12,288 nt of DNA. Source: Fibrobacterota bacterium (GTDB lineage Bacteria; Fibrobacterota; Fibrobacteria; UBA11236). A program made the position numbers and the translations under genes. The stretch lies in contig JAYUVP010000142.1 in the NCBI GenBank assembly GCA_043753995.1, positions 1 through 12,288 of the forward strand, read 5' to 3'. This document shows positions 7,526-12,288 of this stretch, piece after piece. Below the pieces are notes generated by a model. It ran no database searches, was not told where the DNA came from, and saw only the letters and a list, made by a program, of their open reading frames with translations. Each line of letters begins with the position of its first letter. Within the stretch, counting starts at the first letter, position 1.

Positions 7526-8403
7526 GTCTTCCTGGCCTTGCATTCTTGTTCTACGCGCGCACTGCGCAAAATTTCTCGCGCCCGGCGCAATTGCCCCAGC
7601 AGGATTTCCACCGGAGGATAGGCCCCGTCGCGTTCCAGAATCACGGTGAGAGGGCGATCGACGAGGCGCGCCAAGGTTCCCAGTAATCGAAAGACTGCAT
7701 CCGGGGGATCGTGAATGTGATCGTCTAATAGCCGTTTGCGGCCGGGTTCGGCGGCAAAGCGAGGGGGCTCAGGAATCCAATGGCCGCCACTCAAGTGAAC
7801 CTGGGTCACGCATTCCAGAGGAAATCCCAGCATAAAGGTTTCCGGATCGAGACCCGAGTTGAGGGCATTGGCATAAAGATTATGCAAATCAAGCAGCATG
7901 CCCGAACCAGATTCCCTCATGATGGCGCTAGTCCATTCGGGCTCTTCCATTTCTGAGCCAGGAGGCTGAATGAGGGTGGCAATATTCTCAAGGGTGGGTG
8001 CCAATCCGGTGACGGCGCGGATGTGATCCAGATTACGCATGGTTCCTTCTACCGTGGATGGGGTGCGCGGCGGTGCGGCCAAATGGCCGATTTCATAGCC
8101 TCCCGCGCGCACAAAGGAAAGATGCTCGGACCAGGCTTCGGCACCCAGAGCTTCCAGCGTGCGCGCAATGCGCTCTACGCGGGGTTTGCTCACGGGGTGA
8201 GAGCTCGCCATCCCCAAGCCGACGCCGTGATAAGTCACGGGAATTTGGCTGGCCAAGGTCCGTAACGCGCGCGTTTCCTTCGCGGGAGCTCCCACATAGC
8301 CATCCAAAAGCACCTCGACGACATCGATTTCGTCTCGATGGGAAAGAATGGCTGAGGCCAGCTCCGGGCGCCAGCCTAAGCCGACTTTGTCGGTTCTAAT
8401 CAC
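7522..8403 (-). CDS. DUF692 family multinuclear non-heme iron-dependent oxidative enzyme (MNIO)
   Basis: VGLGWRPEL, YHGVGLG, WSEHLSF, LENIA, LLDLHNLYANALN, QVHLSGG, LLDDHIH and VILERD give the His/Asp/Glu iron-ligand set of DUF692. Likely start GTG 8403 (293 aa) overlaps the upstream gene end. The ORF-track extension to 8439 is an alternative reading of the upstream Gly-rich tail. Confidence 0.93.
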   Translation of the reverse strand: MIRTDKVGLGWRPELASAILSHRDEIDVVEVLLDGYVGAPAKETRALRTLASQIPVTYHGVGLGMASSHPVSKPRVERIARTLEALGAEAWSEHLSFVRAGGYEIGHLAAPPRTPSTVEGTMRNLDHIRAVTGLAPTLENIATLIQPPGSEMEEPEWTSAIMRESGSGMLLDLHNLYANALNSGLDPETFMLGFPLECVTQVHLSGGHWIPEPPRFAAEPGRKRLLDDHIHDPPDAVFRLLGTLARLVDRPLTVILERDGAYPPVEILLGQLRRAREILRSARVEQECKARKT

Positions 8404-9316
8404 CGCCGCCACCCCCACAGCCTCCGCAGCCCCCACCACCGCCGCAGCTGCTACTGCTGCCGCTGCTACAACTGCCCCCGCTCACGCTGGAGCATCCAGA
8501 CGATCCACATCCTACCGACGACCCATTCCCTGACGCAGCCTGTGGGAAAAGCTTTTTTGCAAATGCAAACTTCGGCATGTTCAAAGCTTGGATGCCGAAT
8601 ACAGCAGCCAATAACACCACCTCATTGGTCATGCCGCCGGGTTCTAGCATATGGGCTCGTCGCCGGAGCCCCGAGAACAACGTTTGCAGATCTTCAATGA
8701 CACGATCTCCCATGCCGGTCCGTTTGCGAAACAGCATGTAAGTGAGAATGAATGCGACCACCCCAGCCAAAAGCATTAGGAAAACAAAATTGTGTCGACC
8801 ATTCGAAATAGCCACGGTGATTTTGAACCCTGCCAGCCCTAATAGAAGGCTCATGGCTATGGAAAAAGGTCCGGCGCGTTCTCGGATGGTTCGGTCATCG
8901 GCAAATAGGCGCCGCTTTTGGAGGCTGTCACGATAAGCCTCGGCAGCCCTGGATACGGCTAGATTGTCGAACATTTTCCAAGCCAAATCCGCTGAAACAA
9001 ATCGCTCCAAGATGGCCTTTTCCAAAGGGCGTCGCACCTGATCTTTGGACGTGTCACTTTGGGTTTTCAAGGTATCCTTATTCGCTTTGAGCAGGCCCCT
9101 ATCTACCAGGGAAATGACGGCAATGCGTATGGCCTCATGCGGGCCGCCGCGCAGAAAAGCGATTTCAAAAGGGTCGGTGAGCGCTAAGGTGGAAATCTCA
9201 CCCTCTGATTCACGAGAGTATACCCAGTAACGGTAAGCCCATAGGACGGCAGAACCCGTCACCAAATAAAAAAGCAAAAATGCTGGCCCAGCAAATTCAA
9301 AGGGATTCAGGCCCAT
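8396..9316 (-). CDS. TIGR04222 domain-like integral membrane protein with C-terminal Gly/Ser/Cys-rich tail
   Basis: N-terminal NPFEFAGPAFLLFY, DPFEIAFLRGGPHEAIRIAVISLVDRGLL, about 3 TM helices, and the tail SGNGSSVGCGSSGCSSVSGGSCSSGSSSSCGGGGGCGGCGGGGGD. This architecture matches the TIGR04222 description as I recall it. Confidence 0.88.
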   Translation of the reverse strand: MGLNPFEFAGPAFLLFYLVTGSAVLWAYRYWVYSRESEGEISTLALTDPFEIAFLRGGPHEAIRIAVISLVDRGLLKANKDTLKTQSDTSKDQVRRPLEKAILERFVSADLAWKMFDNLAVSRAAEAYRDSLQKRRLFADDRTIRERAGPFSIAMSLLLGLAGFKITVAISNGRHNFVFLMLLAGVVAFILTYMLFRKRTGMGDRVIEDLQTLFSGLRRRAHMLEPGGMTNEVVLLAAVFGIQALNMPKFAFAKKLFPQAASGNGSSVGCGSSGCSSVSGGSCSSGSSSSCGGGGGCGGCGGGGGD

Positions 9317-9320
9317 GGGC

Positions 9321-10070
9321 TTACCGTAACGCCTGGGATCGAGTGCGCAAGGCTCCGGCTAGGTCCAATAATTCAGCGAAGCATTGAGCGGCCCGACCCG
9401 GTGGCAAGTCTCGGTCTTCGCGAGCCAAGGACATGTCCTCCAATGCCTTGGCCCATGGGCCGCCAGGCGAGCTCATAGCCAAAGCCACCAGGGCTTCTTT
9501 GGGACGAGTTTCGGTGGCCCCTTCCAGTTGAGCAAGAGAGGAAGCGCATCCCCGCAGCGGTCCGGCCATTTCGGCGATCACGGCGGTGAGCTGTTCTTCC
9601 CGAAGGCTGATTAAGGCATAGCGTTCGCGCATGCGCAAAATCAAGTTCAAGAGGGACTGCCGCAATCGGCTGATGGTCGCTTCTCGCGAAATCTTTAAAT
9701 CCACTAAGGGATCGAGGCCCCATAGGACGCGATACCGGTGGAGAATGTCCGAAAACTTCACGGCAAAGGCTTCCGCCGCATCGCCTATTTCCGCTTCGAG
9801 TAGGAACATCACATTCAGCTTCACGGCAGCATGAGCCAGGCGAAAAGCCTCGCGGAGGCCGTCGATGCGAGTGGGATGGAAAGCCTTTAAAACCACTATC
9901 AAATTGACATCCGATGTCGGACGCAAACGCCCCTCTGCCGCGGAACCGAATAGGAGGATGGAAACGAGATCGTGGCCACAGGCCTCAATGGCTGCCGTGG
10001 TAAATCCGGTAACCCCGGCCCGCACGGGGGCGGGAAGATCGGCCAATTCTTTTTCCAACACTTTTTCCAT
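9321..10070 (-). CDS. Pol-beta superfamily nucleotidyltransferase domain protein with helical C-terminal domain
   Basis: LVSILLFGSAAEGRLRPTSDVNLIVVL is an hGS..DxD-type motif, here DxN. Start ATG 10070 (249 aa, AAAGG upstream) avoids overlap with the divergent gene. The stop is 4 nt before the TIGR04222-like ATG. Confidence 0.82.
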   Translation of the reverse strand: MEKVLEKELADLPAPVRAGVTGFTTAAIEACGHDLVSILLFGSAAEGRLRPTSDVNLIVVLKAFHPTRIDGLREAFRLAHAAVKLNVMFLLEAEIGDAAEAFAVKFSDILHRYRVLWGLDPLVDLKISREATISRLRQSLLNLILRMRERYALISLREEQLTAVIAEMAGPLRGCASSLAQLEGATETRPKEALVALAMSSPGGPWAKALEDMSLAREDRDLPPGRAAQCFAELLDLAGALRTRSQALR

Positions 10071-10155
10071 CGGATCGCCTTTGTTTTCAAGGAAGCATAC
10101 GGGCACGGATAATTCCGCAGTAACGTAGCAGGAGAGGTTAGCATTGGAAGACACT

Positions 10156-11991
10156 ATGACGCTCACAGAAAAAGAAAACAACCTAGATCCAGCGGCTTTC
10201 TACGCGTCGCGCAGAAAGCACTATTCCGATTCCCTCGCCAAGGCGCGCCGGGCCTCGGCCTTGCACAGCAATGCGCGTTTTCTCATTTTTATTGGCTGCC
10301 TTATTGTTGTGCTGGTATTGGGGTATCTGGGCCTTTATCTGCTTACCGCTGGCGCCTTGGTGCTCGGTATCATTTCGTTCACGGTCCTGGTGCTGCGGCA
10401 TGAGCGTATCGAAAGCGCTATTCTCGTCGAAGACTATTTGCATTCCATACAAGTCGCCGGTGAGGCTCGTCTCACGGGTAAGTGGAAAGATTTTGCGGAT
10501 CGGGGCGATGAATTCGCCGACGAGAAGCATCCCTATGCCAATGATTTAGACCTATTCGGGCGCGCCTCTTTTTTCCAATGGACAAACGCCGCGGAGACCT
10601 GCCTTGGCCGTCAAAAATTAGCGGAGTACTTGAAGGTAGGCTCCCCGGTGCGGCTGGAAATAGAGAAGCGCCAAAGCATGGTGAAGGAGTTGGCGAACCA
10701 AGCCATTTGGCGACAGGATTTTCAAGCGGCTGGCAAGGGGGTTGTGAGGGCGAAGGAGAAGCCAGAAGACTTGATGGGTTGGGCGGAAGGTGAGACTGGA
10801 ATCAAGTTCGCTCCCGTGGCCATTCTAGCGATTCGTACCTGGGGGCTCATCGTACCCGCATGCGCCTTGATCTTTGGCTTCTTCACTCCCATACCTGCCT
10901 TAGCGGCATTGCCTGCCTTTCTGAATGCCATGGTGATTTACTGGTTCAGCGCTCGTAGCAAACCCGTCATTGCCTCCCTCTGCCTGCAGCGAACAAATCT
11001 TCAGGCTTATCAGAATATGCTTCGCCTCATAGAAGAAGCGAAATTCAATGGGCCTGGATTGGTGGCCTTGGCTGCCACGGTAAAGGACGGCAAGGTTACG
11101 GGATCAAGGCAAGCGCAGGAGCTAGTCACCATCGCGGAATGGCTCGATGTCCGTGCCAATCCTCTGGTTCATTTTGTCTTGAATTTCCTATTCCTCTGGG
11201 ACTTGCAATGGCTGATCGGTTTTCAGGGCTGGAAGTTGAGGAGCGGAAAGGCATTGCGGATGTGGCTTGAGTGCATCGCCACCTTGGAAGCGCTGTCTAG
11301 TCTTGCTGCCATTCGCTTCGAGAATCCCGATTGGTGTTTCCCATCCTTCTCGGAAGGCGGGCAAGCCTCTGTGCGGGCCGAGAGTCTTGGGCATCCCCTC
11401 CTCTTATCGAGAGATAGAGTCCGCAACGATTTTACCCTGGGTGATCCCGGTTGCGGCTTGATACTTACGGGTTCGAATATGACGGGGAAAAGCACGTGGC
11501 TACGTACGGTGGGTATCAACTTGGCCATGGCCTATACAGGGGCACCGGTCTGCGCGCGCGAATTGTCTACCCACCTATTCCACCTTCATACTTCGATGCG
11601 CCTGCATGACGATTTGGACCAAGGCATTTCTTCTTTTTATGCGGAATTGCTTCGCCTACGGGGCCTACTGGATGCCGCCCGTAGCGGAGGCCAAGTACTA
11701 TTTCTCGTTGACGAAATATTTCGGGGTACCAACTCCGTCGATCGGGTGGCAGGTGCGATAGAGGTACTTCTGCAATTGGCACGCCTGGGCTGTACGGGCA
11801 TAGTTTCCACCCATGATCTTGAATTGGGACGGCTCGCCGAAAGCCATCCCAACCTATTTCGCAATGGCCATTTCAGCGAGCATTTCGAAGATGGGAAAAT
11901 ACGCTTCGATTTTCGACTTCAGTCGGGAATTTCCACCACGCGCAATGCCATTCACCTGATGCGCTTGGCGGGAGTGACGCCGCCGGAGTAG
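10156..11991 (+). CDS. membrane-anchored MutS-related ATPase (MutS domain V, no mismatch-binding domain)
   Basis: N-terminal TM hairpin, HPYANDLDLFGRASFFQW, LGHPLL, Walker A LTGSNMTGKSTWLRT, SSFYAEL, Walker B FLVDEIFRGTNS, STHDLEL and TRNAIHLMR. ATG 10156 follows GGAAG. Not MutS1 or MutS2. Confidence 0.9.
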   Translation: MTLTEKENNLDPAAFYASRRKHYSDSLAKARRASALHSNARFLIFIGCLIVVLVLGYLGLYLLTAGALVLGIISFTVLVLRHERIESAILVEDYLHSIQVAGEARLTGKWKDFADRGDEFADEKHPYANDLDLFGRASFFQWTNAAETCLGRQKLAEYLKVGSPVRLEIEKRQSMVKELANQAIWRQDFQAAGKGVVRAKEKPEDLMGWAEGETGIKFAPVAILAIRTWGLIVPACALIFGFFTPIPALAALPAFLNAMVIYWFSARSKPVIASLCLQRTNLQAYQNMLRLIEEAKFNGPGLVALAATVKDGKVTGSRQAQELVTIAEWLDVRANPLVHFVLNFLFLWDLQWLIGFQGWKLRSGKALRMWLECIATLEALSSLAAIRFENPDWCFPSFSEGGQASVRAESLGHPLLLSRDRVRNDFTLGDPGCGLILTGSNMTGKSTWLRTVGINLAMAYTGAPVCARELSTHLFHLHTSMRLHDDLDQGISSFYAELLRLRGLLDAARSGGQVLFLVDEIFRGTNSVDRVAGAIEVLLQLARLGCTGIVSTHDLELGRLAESHPNLFRNGHFSEHFEDGKIRFDFRLQSGISTTRNAIHLMRLAGVTPPE

Positions 11992-11995
11992 GGTA

Positions 11996-12008
11996 ACGCT
12001 TAGGTTAA
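11996..12008. repeat. right copy of imperfect 13-bp direct repeat (ACGCTTAGGTTAA)
   Basis: 11/13 identical to 7248-7260. It includes the stop codon of the minus-strand gene ending at 12005. Confidence 0.45.
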
Positions 12009-12288
12009 CGTACCGTCAGAGCAGCGGATCCCTGAAAGCCCATGCGGCCCTGTAATTGCCCAGAGGCATTCCACTCCAAGACATAGCCCTGGCGTTGGCC
12101 GCGATTTCGGACTTCCAGGCTGAGGCGTGACCCATCGGGGCGCCAGCGCACTTGCAAGCCATGAGGCAAACGCTGGCCATCCGGCAAGACAAGTAGAGCC
12201 TTTTCTTCGGCCAATTGCCCATTCGGATGATACTGACGCTCGACTTCCACGCGATCGCAAGCTGTGAAAAAAAGGCCTAGCGAAAAAC
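12005..12288 (-). CDS. 5'-partial MORN-variant repeat (YwqK-like) probable lipoprotein
   Basis: Repeats QYHPNGQLAEE, HGLQVRWRPDGS and QGYVLEWNASGQL. The frame stays open upstream of GTG 12250 to the window edge and reads FSLGLFFTACDRVEV, a hydrophobic stretch with lipobox-like FTAC. Confidence 0.7.
   Translation of the reverse strand, partial: FSLGLFFTACDRVEVERQYHPNGQLAEEKALLVLPDGQRLPHGLQVRWRPDGSRLSLEVRNRGQRQGYVLEWNASGQLQGRMGFQGSAALTVR

Noticed and set aside
8348..8533. Plus-strand Ala/Thr-rich 61-aa ORF as a possible RiPP precursor
   Set aside because: It is the antisense reading of the Gly/Ser/Cys tail, has no Cys, and lies on the opposite strand to the cluster.
9321..10070. MNT-HEPN toxin-antitoxin or CBASS/CD-NTase defence system
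   Set aside because: No adjacent HEPN toxin gene or Cap effectors are seen. The size and DxN motif do not fit a minimal MNT antitoxin or a CD-NTase.
10071..10181. ORF-track N-terminal extensions of the NTase (to 10181) and the MutS-like gene (from 10144)
   Set aside because: They would make the divergent genes overlap head to head. ATG 10070 and ATG 10156 both have SD-like sequences.
10156..11991. Canonical mismatch repair mutS or mutS2
   Set aside because: Too short, has TM helices, and lacks the mismatch-binding domain I and the Smr domain.
11989..12010. Integron attC site or tandem repeat (TAGGGTAACG-ct-TAGGTTAACG)
   Set aside because: Too short, with no RYYYAAC...GTTRRRY inverted structure. 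Kept only as part of the possible direct-repeat boundary.
1..12288. CRISPR array, tRNA, rRNA, IS element or integrase
   Set aside because: No regularly spaced repeats, cloverleaf or rRNA-like sequence, or transposase/recombinase motifs were seen. Nearly all of the sequence is explained by CDSs.

Overview
Bacterial window with two apparently different parts. Bases 1-~420 hold the 3' end of a coiled-coil gene plus zapA. They look proteobacterial and are lower in GC (~48% in zapA by hand count), and the 6S RNA usually found after proteobacterial zapA is not recognisable, so a chimeric or HGT junction is possible. The rest is mostly higher GC (spot counts 48-60%). On the + strand it has a TPR protein and fused secDF with an intrinsic terminator. 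On the - strand it has an orphan helical protein and a tightly packed run: nucleotidyltransferase-fold protein > TIGR04222-like membrane protein with a Gly/Ser/Cys tail > DUF692/MNIO enzyme > small helical partner > CysQ/IMPase > SRPBCC > TIM-barrel isomerase. A divergent membrane-anchored MutS-like ATPase and a partial MORN-variant lipoprotein gene close the window. The main candidate system is an MNIO RiPP-like cluster whose probable substrate is the 6-Cys tail of an integral membrane protein, headed by a DxN-variant nucleotidyltransferase. This cluster plus the MutS-like gene lies between two 11/13-identical direct repeats, suggesting an integrase-less ~4.7 kb insertion. All family calls are from motif recognition; no database searches were run.
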